Positions 8,901-19,500 of a DNA stretch of 25,717 nt are shown piece after piece. This DNA comes from Thermoplasmatota archaeon (GTDB lineage: Archaea > Thermoplasmatota > Penumbrarchaeia > Penumbrarchaeales > Penumbrarchaeaceae). Position 1 is the stretch's first letter. Every line of letters begins with the position of its first letter. Both the position numbers and the translations under genes were made by a program. The stretch lies in contig CBDDUX010000103.1 of assembly GCA_965234725.1 (NCBI GenBank), forward strand, positions 1-25,717. Direction: 5' to 3'. A model generated the notes under the pieces. It did not search any database and was not told where the DNA came from. It saw nothing but the letters and a program-made list of their open reading frames with translations.

Positions 8901-10448
8901 GGTTCCAGCAACCTAGATACCTACGTCACACTTTCATCACACCAGCTTCAGTTCAATGATACATCTGTGGAGAATGGTGTTGTACATCGCTACAAAATAA
9001 TAGCACTCAACTCGGAAGGTGCAAGCGATCCCACGGAGGAGATCTCTGCGACACCTTTTGGTCACCCTTCCGCCCCCAGAAATCTTGAGGTCAAGGTATA
9101 TTCCGATTCGGTTAAACTCTCATGGGAGATGCCATTGAAGGACGGGGGTACAACGATATTGGGATTCAGGATATACCGGAGTGATAAGGACGAGATCTGG
9201 GACAATATCAAGGAGGTTGAGGCCTTTGATCTTTCGTTTGCGGATAATATGATCATAAACGGAAAGACCTACAGCTACAGGATCACAGCATTCAACGCGG
9301 TGGGCGAGTCGGACCCAACCGAAACAGTGAACGCCACACCTCTGGGGAAACCAGGATCACCAATGAACTTCAATGTAAAAGCTGGAGATGACTATGTCCA
9401 ATTGAGCTGGGAGATGCCCTGGGAACAAGTAGGGACCCCTGTTACGGAATTCAAGATATTTAGAAGTGATTCCTCAAATGAGATGGCCTTTTACAGTAGG
9501 GTTGCTGCTTCTGAACTCTCCTACATTGACGGGCTTGTGAAGAACGGTGAGACATACTATTACAAGGTCGCTGCGGTGAACATCATCGGGGTAGGCCCCT
9601 TTACGGAAATCAAGAGCGCAAAACCCGTAGGACAACCATCTCCCCCTTCCAATATCCAGATTGTGGCGGGGGATGGGTACGTTAATATATCCTGGTCCCC
9701 ACCATTGAACGACGGAGGGGATCACATCTCCCATGTAACTCTCTACCGTGGTATAGATCGAAATTCGACCGTCTCAATTTACAGCTCTGCGAACCTCAAG
9801 GGTTTGTTCAGAGATACGACTGTAGAAAATGGTGTAACTTACTATTATTCCATGACCGCTTCCAATACTCTGGGAGAAAGCATCAACTCTGTGCCGATCT
9901 TAAAAATGCCCTATGGGAATCCCTCCATTCCCTTGAACGTAAAGGTCAGATCAGGCACGGGATCGATCAAGGTGACTTGGCAAGTTCCAGAGGATAATGG
10001 CGGCCTTGAGATCATTGGATACCATATATACAGAACCTTCAACGATGGGAGTAGAGTACTAATGGGTGAGGTTGAACCGAATACTTTTGAATTTGTCGAT
10101 CGAAACGTTGTGAGCGGTCCTAAATATCTTTACCAGGTCGCAGCCGTCAATGGGAAAGTAGAAGGCTCTCTCTCCAGGCCAGTGGAAGGAAGTGTGAAGG
10201 ATAGTATTGGACGAGGGCCGGTCATCGTGGCGGTTGCATTAATAATCATTCTTTTAATCTTCAATTCAATCATCGTCTTTATACTAATTTCGAGACGGAA
10301 GAGAAACCTTCACTCCTCTCCAACTAAAGGAATGATGTCGCTGGGTTTGTCTGATCAAGAGAACTGTATTCAGCCCAAGAATATCCCGATCAAAAAAATG
10401 ACATGCACTCCGATTCAGGATTCCCCCCCGATCGAGGGAGATCCGTAA
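5964..10448 (+). CDS. Large surface protein: SBBP-associated N-terminal domain, 7 SBBP beta-propeller repeats, 7 fibronectin type III domains, C-terminal TM anchor
   Basis: 1494 aa. Signal peptide; FIQNKGQ...NYFKG.DPEKW...LWDGIDL...IKYDLIIHPGADP...VVIDP; 7 x YSTFIGG...IAID.SGNAYITG...(Y/F)PTT.GA(Y/F)...HNG..DVFVTKL; 7 x P..P.N......V.L.W..P..DGG FN3 units; TM helix followed by RRKR. Confidence 0.92.
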   Translation: MEETFGRLKCYLICGLLLLLIIGNVISINVESHENGPTDVIDDTLKDSMKEKEIALSSSYFIQNKGQIESKEIQFYSRGGNIFFTPDGVLYRFSEMELIDEDGSGHDPLNGYMKETASGYHEWGVVLKYSFIGSNNVFPEGRDQCTWNTNYFKGSDPEKWYTEVPNFKEIMYSDLWDGIDLVYRLKEGSIKYDLIIHPGADPSDIRIHIDGANGLSINLQDDLVIGTDYWDIIDSGLISHYGDGLGELIPCRFELLNECEYKVSLGTFDRSRNVVIDPIINYSTFIGGPSLEYGYGIAIDTSGNAYITGYTLDGTTDYPTTPGAFNMTHNGGSDLFVTKLNSAGSSLVYSTFIGGSTADYGRSIAIDTSGNAYITGNTEDGEIDYPTTLGAYDTTHNGGSDVFITKLNPSGSSLVYSTFIGGPTDERGYGIAIDSSGDAYVTGNTYDTWGYPTHFPTTLVAYDTTHNGDYDVFVTKLNSTGSSLVYSTFIGGSSRESGRGIVIDTNENAYITGYTLDGTTGYPTTAGAFNTTHNGGSDVFVTKLNSAGSSLVYSTFIGGSTDDSGNGIAIDTSENAYITGNTEDGEIDFPTTLGAYDTTHNGRNDVFVTKLNSTGSSLGYSTLIGGSDYDYGYGIAIDPSGNAYITGYTGDGQPNFPTTIGAYETEHNGYFDVFVTRLNSIGSSLVYSTFIGSPSGDYGYNIAIDTSGNGYITGSTMEGTNGYPTTLGAYDTKHNGRYDVFVSKIDLTGLPGIPQNLSAVVGDSFVELSWNPPEEDGGAPIIEYEIYRRNKTGLLSSIAFTGENTTFNDTSVVNGNRYYYAILAHNRVGPGKLSNEVFVIPVTIPTPPRNVDAQYGNNYVNLTWISPENDGGTMLTGFRLHKFEGGSSDPEIFNIDPYVNTYTDEEVDNGINYRYYLTAFNTVGESPPSIEVNATPKSRPSSVLNFQISSGPGFIILHWSPPEYNGGSPVTNYTIFRAVGSSNLDTYVTLSSHQLQFNDTSVENGVVHRYKIIALNSEGASDPTEEISATPFGHPSAPRNLEVKVYSDSVKLSWEMPLKDGGTTILGFRIYRSDKDEIWDNIKEVEAFDLSFADNMIINGKTYSYRITAFNAVGESDPTETVNATPLGKPGSPMNFNVKAGDDYVQLSWEMPWEQVGTPVTEFKIFRSDSSNEMAFYSRVAASELSYIDGLVKNGETYYYKVAAVNIIGVGPFTEIKSAKPVGQPSPPSNIQIVAGDGYVNISWSPPLNDGGDHISHVTLYRGIDRNSTVSIYSSANLKGLFRDTTVENGVTYYYSMTASNTLGESINSVPILKMPYGNPSIPLNVKVRSGTGSIKVTWQVPEDNGGLEIIGYHIYRTFNDGSRVLMGEVEPNTFEFVDRNVVSGPKYLYQVAAVNGKVEGSLSRPVEGSVKDSIGRGPVIVAVALIIILLIFNSIIVFILISRRKRNLHSSPTKGMMSLGLSDQENCIQPKNIPIKKMTCTPIQDSPPIEGDP
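6807..8204 (+). repeat. Seven tandem intragenic repeats of about 201 nt (SBBP blades)
   Basis: Units start at 6807, 7008, 7209, 7419, 7620, 7821 and 8022 (spacing 201, 201, 210, 201, 201, 201) and are recognisably similar at DNA level. Confidence 0.9.
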
Positions 10449-10592
10449 TCTCCTTCGAAAATCATATCGATCCGGAAGTTCGAGACCTTCGGAAATAACA
10501 ACCTGCGGTTTCGGTTTTTTCCTGGCCTCCACATCGGAGATGTGAAGATGCAGCAGCAATTAGACTGTTAAATATACAACTCATTGTGCGGA

Positions 10593-10636
10593 CTTTGGTT
10601 TTCAACAATAATTGTAATTGATCAAGAAAACCAAAG
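10593..10636. terminator. Inverted repeat between the convergent SBBP/FN3 gene and the 16S trailer, possible terminator hairpin
   Basis: CTTTGGTTTTC (10593-10603) and GAAAACCAAAG (10626-10636) form an 11-bp perfect stem with a 22-nt loop. Confidence 0.4.
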
Positions 10637-10654
10637 ACAACAAATGATTAAAGG

Positions 10655-10694
10655 CCGACATACGATGAATAAAGTGCTTGAGCGACCAAACGTT
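10655..10694 (-). other. 3' strand of the pre-16S processing stem (bulge-helix-bulge)
   Basis: Transcript reads AACGUUUGG-UCGCUCAAG-CACU-UUA-UUCAUCGUAUGUCGG and pairs with 12237-12277. Confidence 0.9.
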
Positions 10695-10731
10695 TTATGG
10701 GTCGTAGGGACCCATTTTAGGTTAATTTCTT

Positions 10732-12198
<1,467 letters not shown>

Positions 12199-12236
12199 TG
12201 ACAGATGAGAAATATACTTTCCATCTTCCTGCACAC

Positions 12237-12277
12237 AACGTTCGATTCGCTCAAGTATCACTTTCATCGTATGTCGG
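12237..12277 (-). other. 5' strand of the pre-16S processing stem (bulge-helix-bulge)
   Basis: Transcript reads CCGACAUACGAUGAA-AGUG-AUA-CUUGAGCGA-AUCGAACGUU. With the trailer it gives a 15-bp helix, 3-nt bulge, 4-bp helix, 3-nt bulge and 9-bp helix. Confidence 0.9.
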
Positions 12278-12422
12278 ATGGGAGAGGTCACGGAATTCTC
12301 CGGGTTTCTCCAACCCCTTTCATATGTCCGCGGGCCTGGATGGTTCCGATCATCTGAGGAAATACACCGTCTCACGGAACAACGCAAATGGCTGCGGGTA
12401 AGACCCCCTTAAACAAGGTCCA

Positions 12423-12430
12423 ATATATAA
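12423..12430 (-). promoter_or_regulatory. TATA box of the proximal 16S rRNA promoter
   Basis: TTATATAT preceded by purine-rich AATAAGGG on the minus strand, about 225 nt upstream of the mature 5' end. Confidence 0.65.
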
Positions 12431-12506
12431 CCCTTATTATAAGAGAGGTCACGGTCCCCACAGTTGGGTCAATGACCCCCTGGGGGAAACCTGCTAATAT
12501 TGATTT

Positions 12507-12514
12507 GATATAAA
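12507..12514 (-). promoter_or_regulatory. Possible distal tandem 16S promoter TATA box
   Basis: TTTATATC preceded by GGAAATGTT on the minus strand, 84 nt upstream of the proximal box. Confidence 0.4.
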
Positions 12515-12552
12515 AACATTTCCAAATGGAACAGTGGACTGTCCAGATATGT

Positions 12553-12735
12553 TCACTCGACCTCATGTTCCGTATTGAACTCCAGCTCTTCCTGAAGCTC
12601 ATTGACCACCAATTTCAGGACCTGCTCGTAGGTCAATGACCTGAACTCCCTGATCCCTCCAAGGTCACTCTGGAGCTTTGCAACGATCTCATCGCCCTCC
12701 ATGCTTATCTCGATATGGCATATTGCTTCTTCCAG
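12553..12735 (-). CDS. Small acidic hypothetical protein (60 aa) absent from the ORF track, probable CTG start
   Basis: (M)EEAICHIEISMEGDEIVAKLQSDLGGIREFRSLTYEQVLKLVVNELQEELEFNTEHEVE. AGGAGG lies 7 nt before the CTG, codon usage matches neighbouring genes (GAG, ATC, AGG), and an in-frame TGA lies just upstream. An alternative ATG is at 12702. Confidence 0.75.
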   Translation of the reverse strand: MEEAICHIEISMEGDEIVAKLQSDLGGIREFRSLTYEQVLKLVVNELQEELEFNTEHEVE

Positions 12736-12877
12736 GGGACTCCCTCCTGTTCTTTTTAACCTTCATCGTACACACGTATATCTAATGTTCGGATTTCTTT
12801 GATGTTAAAAGGCAACTGTTCATACCCATGACCATAAAGATTATATCATTACCGGAGTTGTAATCAATAAAAGGAGG

Positions 12878-14677
12878 ATGCACTCATTGAAAGCAACATC
12901 GCTTATCTCGATATTCGCCGTTTCACTTTTCTTTCTATCCCTCTTTCCCTACCTGGAAGGGGCCCAAGGGCAGGATGAGCTCCCCAAATGGACGTTCATG
13001 GTCTACCTGGATGCCGACAACAATCTGGAGGATGCCGGGATCGATGATGTGAACGAGATGGAGGAGTTCGGTTCCACGGACGATGTGAACATTGTTGTCC
13101 AGATGGACCGAATAAGGGACTATGACTCAACCAATGGGGACTGGGACGATTGCAGAAGATTCTACATAGAAAAGGACCTTGATCGGGACACCATCACTTC
13201 TCCTGAACAGGGAAGGCTCGGAGAGGTGAATATGGGTGACCCTGAAACGCTGATAGATTTCGTTTCCTGGTCCGTCAAGAACTACCCTGCACAGAGATAT
13301 GCCCTGATACTTTGGAACCATGGTGGAGCTTTCAGGGGTGTATGCTTTGATGATACTGTCCCTGGTCTTCCCGAAGGTGAATATGATGCCCTGAACATGT
13401 CGGATGTGAACTATGCGGCTGAGGAGATCTACAAGGTCCTGGGAAATCGAAAGATGGACCTTTGGGGCTTCGATGCCTGCCTCATGGCACAGGTAGCTGT
13501 CATGTATGAGCTCAAGGACTTCGTTAAGGTCGGTGTGGGTTCTGGTTACAATGAACCCGGTGATGGGTGGCCATATGATGAGATCCTGGGACCTCTGACG
13601 GAGAAACCAGGAATGGATGAGAAGGAGTTTGCAGCGATTATAGTCCATGAATACATCTACTCATACAATAACAAGCAGCAGGACCCGCAGGATTACCCAA
13701 TGGTCACCCAGGCAGCGTTCGATCTTGAGCTCATGGACAAGGTCGTAGGAGTGCTCGACGAGTTCTCGGAAGAGCTGGGTTCAAAAGGCCCCCTCGGAGG
13801 ACTGGAATACCTTCTTCAGATATATCAAGCCAGGAAGAACTGCAATTCATACGATATGGCAAATGTTTTCGTCTACGATCTGACCGGTTATCCCCTCTAT
13901 GATGTCATTGATTTCACAAAATACCTTGACCAGTACATTGCTGATGCTTTCCCCAAGAACAATCTGATCCAGGAACTCACTGCAAAAGTGAGGGAAACCA
14001 TTAAAAGTGACATTCCGGGAGAGGGATTCATGTTCGCATCCGAAGCGGACCAATGGCATCCGGACGCAAATGGTCTTTCCATGTATTTCCCGAACAAGGA
14101 CGAGGATTCCTTATCCATTACTCAACTCCCGACAAATTATCTCCTTTCCTATGAGGAGACATCCTTTGCAAGGGAGCATCTGTGGGATGAATTCCTTCAT
14201 TCCTACTATGGAATAGACCCGATAGAGGATTCGGATCCAACGATTACAATAACCAGCCCCCAGTTCAATACGACCTTCCCTCTAGATGAAGGTACAATAA
14301 TCCTTAGGGGGGTCGCCTACGACAGGGAGATGATCGACCGCGTCGAGGTAAGAGTTGACAACGGAGAATGGACCGCCATGCCAGGAATATCCGGGCAGGG
14401 AAAGATACCTTTCCTTCACCAGATGAATTCCGAAGTGCTGGGACTCGGGACCCACCGCATTGAGGTAAGGGCTTTCGATAGACCTGTATCAGATACTGGC
14501 GGGAATGTGGGTAAGTCCACAAGCATTGTTCATACTGAAATAACCATCCAGGGATCCGAAAAGAGCGATGGTGAGACCTTCAAGATACCTCAATGGTTCC
14601 TCAGTTCGCTCTTGATCCTGATCATTGCCGCTGCCTTTATCCTGGGAGTCGTCATATTCCGGGGGAGGAATGAATAA
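12878..14677 (+). CDS. Secreted, membrane-anchored clostripain-family (peptidase C11) cysteine protease with a C-terminal Ig-like domain
   Basis: KWTFMVYLDADNNLE, EVNMGDPETL.DF..W...NYPA.RYALILWNHGG (catalytic His), GFDACLM (catalytic Cys), EPGDGWPY and GLSMYFP, then Ig-like PTITITSP...VEVRVDNGEW and a TM helix. AGGAGG abuts the ATG, so the TTG at 12887 may be the real start. Confidence 0.93.
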   Translation: MHSLKATSLISIFAVSLFFLSLFPYLEGAQGQDELPKWTFMVYLDADNNLEDAGIDDVNEMEEFGSTDDVNIVVQMDRIRDYDSTNGDWDDCRRFYIEKDLDRDTITSPEQGRLGEVNMGDPETLIDFVSWSVKNYPAQRYALILWNHGGAFRGVCFDDTVPGLPEGEYDALNMSDVNYAAEEIYKVLGNRKMDLWGFDACLMAQVAVMYELKDFVKVGVGSGYNEPGDGWPYDEILGPLTEKPGMDEKEFAAIIVHEYIYSYNNKQQDPQDYPMVTQAAFDLELMDKVVGVLDEFSEELGSKGPLGGLEYLLQIYQARKNCNSYDMANVFVYDLTGYPLYDVIDFTKYLDQYIADAFPKNNLIQELTAKVRETIKSDIPGEGFMFASEADQWHPDANGLSMYFPNKDEDSLSITQLPTNYLLSYEETSFAREHLWDEFLHSYYGIDPIEDSDPTITITSPQFNTTFPLDEGTIILRGVAYDREMIDRVEVRVDNGEWTAMPGISGQGKIPFLHQMNSEVLGLGTHRIEVRAFDRPVSDTGGNVGKSTSIVHTEITIQGSEKSDGETFKIPQWFLSSLLILIIAAAFILGVVIFRGRNE

Positions 14678-15436
14678 GTGGTCAAAGGAGGCAGATGGGA
14701 CCCTCCCGGAAAGGATGGCCCTGCCGTTTCTGTAAGAGGTATTTCCAAGACCTTCGGTCAGTTAAAGGCACTGGATGATGTGAACATTCAGGTTGAAAGA
14801 GGGGAGATCTTCGGATTGATAGGTCCCAACGGGGCCGGGAAATCTACATTGATGAGATCCCTGATCGGAACTGAAAGACCGGATCTGGGAAGGATCGGCA
14901 TACTTGGAATGGACCCTTCCACCGAAAGCTTGAGGATAAAATCGTTCACGGGATATGTTCCAGAATCCGAAACACCCCCATCTTTCCTCAAACTTGATGA
15001 GTTCCTCGATTTTGTCATGGATACAAGAAGAAGGGAAACGGATGAGGTTGGGAAGAAAAAATGGGTGGACTTCTTCGATCTGGAACCTTACAGACAGACC
15101 ATTGCGAAGAACATGTCAAAGGGGACAAGGCAAAAGCTGATGTTGTCATCAGCATTCATCCATGAGCCTCCTTTATTACTCCTTGATGAACCATTCATCA
15201 ATCTGGACCCGATCTATCAACGAAAGGTGAAGGACCATCTTCTGAAATATGCCCGAAATGGAGGCACTGTCCTTCTATCCACCCATATACTGTCCCTTGC
15301 CGAGGAGCTCTGTGGCAGAGTCGCCATAATCAATAAAGGCAGAGTAATGATAACTGACAATACTGGGAAGATCAAAAAGAGGTATGGGTCCTTTGAGAAG
15401 GCTTTCCTTCAAAATGTCGGATACTACTCGATGTAG
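14678..15436 (+). CDS. ABC transporter ATP-binding protein (ABC-2/CcmA-like)
   Basis: Walker A GPNGAGKS, signature variant MSKGT, Walker B LLLLDEP and H-switch STH. The GTG start follows the peptidase stop directly, with GGAGG 9 nt upstream. Confidence 0.93.
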   Translation: MVKGGRWDPPGKDGPAVSVRGISKTFGQLKALDDVNIQVERGEIFGLIGPNGAGKSTLMRSLIGTERPDLGRIGILGMDPSTESLRIKSFTGYVPESETPPSFLKLDEFLDFVMDTRRRETDEVGKKKWVDFFDLEPYRQTIAKNMSKGTRQKLMLSSAFIHEPPLLLLDEPFINLDPIYQRKVKDHLLKYARNGGTVLLSTHILSLAEELCGRVAIINKGRVMITDNTGKIKKRYGSFEKAFLQNVGYYSM

Positions 15437-16440
15437 TTCAGCGGGAGTAGGTCCTTCTCCAGAAGCGTTACTTCTGTTGAATCAAGCGCATCCGGGGAAA
15501 GTGCCACCATGAGGATGCATTCTGTCTGTGAGATATTGTCCACCAGCTGCCTGATGAACCTGAGAACGGAATTGAACTTATTGTTTGTAAGCAGATATTC
15601 TAGACCATCAAGGAGAATGACCCCATTGCTGGTATTGTCCATGAACTCCTCGTAAATGGACATGATGAATTCCAGGATCGGAAGGACGGATCGGATCTCA
15701 CCTTCGATCTCCTTGCCGGTCAGCCATACGGTCTCCTGTTCGTTGACACCGTAAGTCCTCGCAAGGATCTTTGAGTTGGTCCTGGAGATAACTATTCCGT
15801 CCATTCCCATCTCCTTCAGGGCCTTGTAAATGTGAAAGAGACGTTCCGGTCTTTTCTCCTCTATCAGATATGAGAGGCCGGGTGTCAACTCCTTTGCCGC
15901 CTTCTTTGGATTCCAGGCATTCTTGGTGAGAGCTTCCACACCACTGGTTACCTCACCGTTGGCAGGAGGGGGAGGGACGGCCTTTACCTGAACGGTCTGT
16001 TTAGGTTCCTCTGATTCCGGTTTAGGTAGCAAAGCCTCCTCCAGAACCTTCTCTTCATTGATCGGTGGTTGGGTTCCTTTCATCTCCAAAAGCCGTTCCT
16101 TGATCCTTTCAACCAGATCGGATTTTAGTCCGAGGGATTCCAGACCAAGCTCCTTGCACTTCTGCCTGAGCTCTTCCTTTGTGAGTTTTTCAAGGGCACC
16201 TTCATGGGTTAGATTCTCGGTATCTATCTCCCTCTTTGCCCTGATGACCTCGACTATGCATTTCTTGGCATAGTCAATAGCCTCCTCCCTCTTGTCGATC
16301 TTCAAGGCGTATTTTGCCTCGTTGATAAGTTCCTCTGCCATTTGGGTCTCGGCTCCCTCCTTCTTTGCTTGGAGGACAAGCTTCTGACCTCTGCGAATGA
16401 TATTCAGGATCTGCATGAACTCCTGGTCGTTCTGTGGCAT
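15424..16440 (-). CDS. DUF835 (inactive KaiC/RecA-like) domain protein with an N-terminal helical bundle and SAP domain
   Basis: C-terminal G.SYLIEEKRPE...GIVISRTN...VWLT...GVILLDGLEYLL.NN.F.SVLRFI..L.D...LLEK fits DUF835. LEKLTKEELRQKCKELGLESLGLKSDLVERIKE fits SAP. GAGGT SD precedes the ATG. Confidence 0.85.
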   Translation of the reverse strand: MPQNDQEFMQILNIIRRGQKLVLQAKKEGAETQMAEELINEAKYALKIDKREEAIDYAKKCIVEVIRAKREIDTENLTHEGALEKLTKEELRQKCKELGLESLGLKSDLVERIKERLLEMKGTQPPINEEKVLEEALLPKPESEEPKQTVQVKAVPPPPANGEVTSGVEALTKNAWNPKKAAKELTPGLSYLIEEKRPERLFHIYKALKEMGMDGIVISRTNSKILARTYGVNEQETVWLTGKEIEGEIRSVLPILEFIMSIYEEFMDNTSNGVILLDGLEYLLTNNKFNSVLRFIRQLVDNISQTECILMVALSPDALDSTEVTLLEKDLLPLNYIE

Positions 16441-16599
16441 TGGAATGGACCTCTTGTATTGATGGTATTACTTGATAGATATTATATTTTGCTTATTTTC
16501 ATTTTTTAGACATGTGATCGGAGTAATTCCTGATCAATTATCTGGCATCCTAGATCATTACATCGGACCATGTTCATTTTGGATCCTTTATCGTCCTGT

Positions 16600-19500
16600 T
16601 CATCTTCTTTTCGGGAGGTCCCAGCTCATCTCTTCATCCATTGCTTCCAGATCGTCCTCCAGCTTCTTTCGGTTTATTGTCTGCCAGAGGAAATATCCAA
16701 TGATACCCAGAAGGACCAACACGATAAGAACTATCCAGTACCATTTGGTAGCCGGAGGTTCCTCTGGATGGTCCTCGGGGTCCCTGGGATCGGTCTCTCC
16801 GTCGAACTCCTTGAAATTGAACCATCCGTCAGAATCGGGATCCTCGTTCCTGTCGTTCCTGAATGGAAGGGTTCCCATCTCAGCTTCCCAGCCGTCGTTG
16901 AGATCATCACCATCGGAGTCCTTATCGTCTGGATCGGTCAGGTTGTACATTTCCTCCAGGAGGTTCAGACCATCCCCATCTTCATCTTCTTCGATATCAT
17001 CCATAACGAAGGGGTCCAACCCGTGTCTGGACTCGAAGGCATTGGAAAGCAGGTCCCCGTCAGAATCGGCCCATCCCGACACTTTGATATGATACCAATC
17101 CGAGGGATAGGTCATATTGACCTCATCTGATCCGACATCACCGTAATGGACCTTGAACTGAATATCATCGCTCGAATAGGATCCTGGCAGATCGTAGGTC
17201 CTTTCATTCCCCGAGGTCCTCTCAGCAGTGATGATCCAGGATATCGATGTACCTGGATATCTTGCCTCCAGTACCAAAGGACCTTCCCAGGTGATGTTTA
17301 TCTTGAGATCCTCACCCAGGACCACTTCTTCGGGGAATTCGATATCGAATGGGGGTTCCTCCTCGATGAAAGGAGTCGAAACGTTCAGCTTGGGGGACTC
17401 ATACTCGTTCTGGTTGCCCGCCTCATCTGATACATCTATCTTGACAGAATATTCCTTGATCTCAGTTGTGAATGGATCCTCGAAGAAGGCTTTGAACGAA
17501 TTACCCTGGACAGGGATTATTGATCCTGTCGAAATGAGCGTTCCTCCTGAAATTATATATGATGTGATATAGAGAGACGGGTCCTGCACTACTTTTAACA
17601 GATCGAAACCCAAGGTGTCGGATACCTTGAATCCAATGGATAGGTCATCTCCGGGAGCTTTGTCCATCACAGGGAGTGTAACATTGCTTATCACGGGAGA
17701 ATGGAGGTCGATCCTTATCGGATCAAGGACCATCGATCTCTTGTTTCCTGCCTTGTCCTCTACCATTGCTGTGACATTGTACAATCCCTCGGTGTTAAGG
17801 CCGATCTCATTCACAGGCAAGAACTCGGAAATACCACCCTTTTCAACCATGAATCCAAGAGAGGATATGCCTGATATGCTGTCAGTTGAGTTGATCTTCA
17901 ACCTTGTGCTCACGGTGGTCCAACCGGTTCCCGGGTGTCCGATTATATCAAGTGATGGAGGTTTCATATCGATGTCCCTGGAAACGACTGGCAATGGTAC
18001 CTGGTCTGTTCCATCATCCACAGTGCATTGGATCTGAAGTAGTCCCTCAAAATCCTCCCTTGGGATGTCTAAAAGGAAATGATATGGATCGGTCTCTTCC
18101 AGGGAGTTGGAGGGGACATCCTTCCAGTTCCCGTTCCCAAGCCTGTAATCGAAGGAGAAGGTGACATCGTCACCGTCCGGGTCCACCCCTTCCAGTGACA
18201 GTCCAATATCTTCGGATGACCATCTCTCTCCAGAGAGGGATATCGAGAATTCAGGAGGATCGTTCAGAGGATCTATCAGTTCCTTGATCGTCATATCCCT
18301 GGAGTTCCCAAGCATGTCTGAGATCATCACCTTGACAGCAAGCTCGGATCCCTGCAGTGCGTCCCAATCGAGGTCTATGGCTGAAGTGAAATTGCCTTCG
18401 AAAAGGTCCATCTGGATCCATTCGGAAGTGGGTGTTGTGATGCCATACCTCATCTTTGCAGAGGAGATGTCAATTCCGGATGTAGCATCTGAAGCTCTCA
18501 ATAATACTGTGATCGGACCTACTGTGTTCTCGTCTATATTGACAGGTTCCAATGTGAATAGATTGATCTGTGGTGGTGTCCCGTCATTCACCTGATCGAT
18601 CAGTGATACCGTCGGACCCTGATTACCCGCCATGTCCACGGTGTATGCAAAGAAATCGAAATCTGTTCCATCCTCTAAGACCTCTAGCTCCTGGTCGGGG
18701 AAGTAGTAGATACCATCCATTGACATGAATGTGGAATACAACCCCGATCCTCCCCTGTCCCCGGCGTTGGTCAGTACGGTAAGTGTTCCAGTAGGATCGT
18801 CATTGACTGCAAGCATCGAGGTATCAGGGCCTTTGTTGTCGACCTTGAATATGCCTGAATCGTTCATATCCCTGAAACCGAACCTGGAATCGGAATCCAT
18901 TGTCCATGAGATCGAACCCCAATCCGGTACGAGTTCGGTTGTGTTCAACAAGTATGAGGCTTTACGGGATCCCGGTATGATATCGGGGTGGACGATGCCG
19001 ATATTCTCCCATGGCCCTTCCCCTTCCTTTTTAATGAGTTCAAGGTCCCTTGAAGCAGGGGGGAAGAATGGTCCTTCGTAGGAGAACTCCATCTCCAGAG
19101 TTCCTCTCGACCAGTTCGGAAGCCATGGTCCTGTCCAGAATCCTCTGAGGCCGTTAACCGCATCGTTGTATGCTGCTTTGATATCGAATAGTGAAGAACC
19201 AACGAGGACTGCAAAGGATACGTGGAATGGGTTGCCGGTCTCATTTTCGGGGACCCTTGCCGAGATATCCATGTACCAATCCTGTCCGGTGACCGAGGAG
19301 GTCTGATTATTGGGTGTTGACATCTGATCCCAGACCTCATTCTCACCTGAATATACTCCGGGACCGTATACGCCAGCGTTGTGACCGTTGAAGTATGATG
19401 AGCCTGAAAGGTCGAAGAAGCCGAGACCCACGAATGTGGTCCCGTCGGATATGACGGTCGTGTTTATTTCCGGAATGAAGGAGAACTTGTCATCCGTTGC

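Noticed and set aside
12372..12602. 76-aa minus-strand ORF in the track
   Set aside because: It overlaps the better-supported 60-aa gene in another frame, runs through the rRNA promoters and has no SD.
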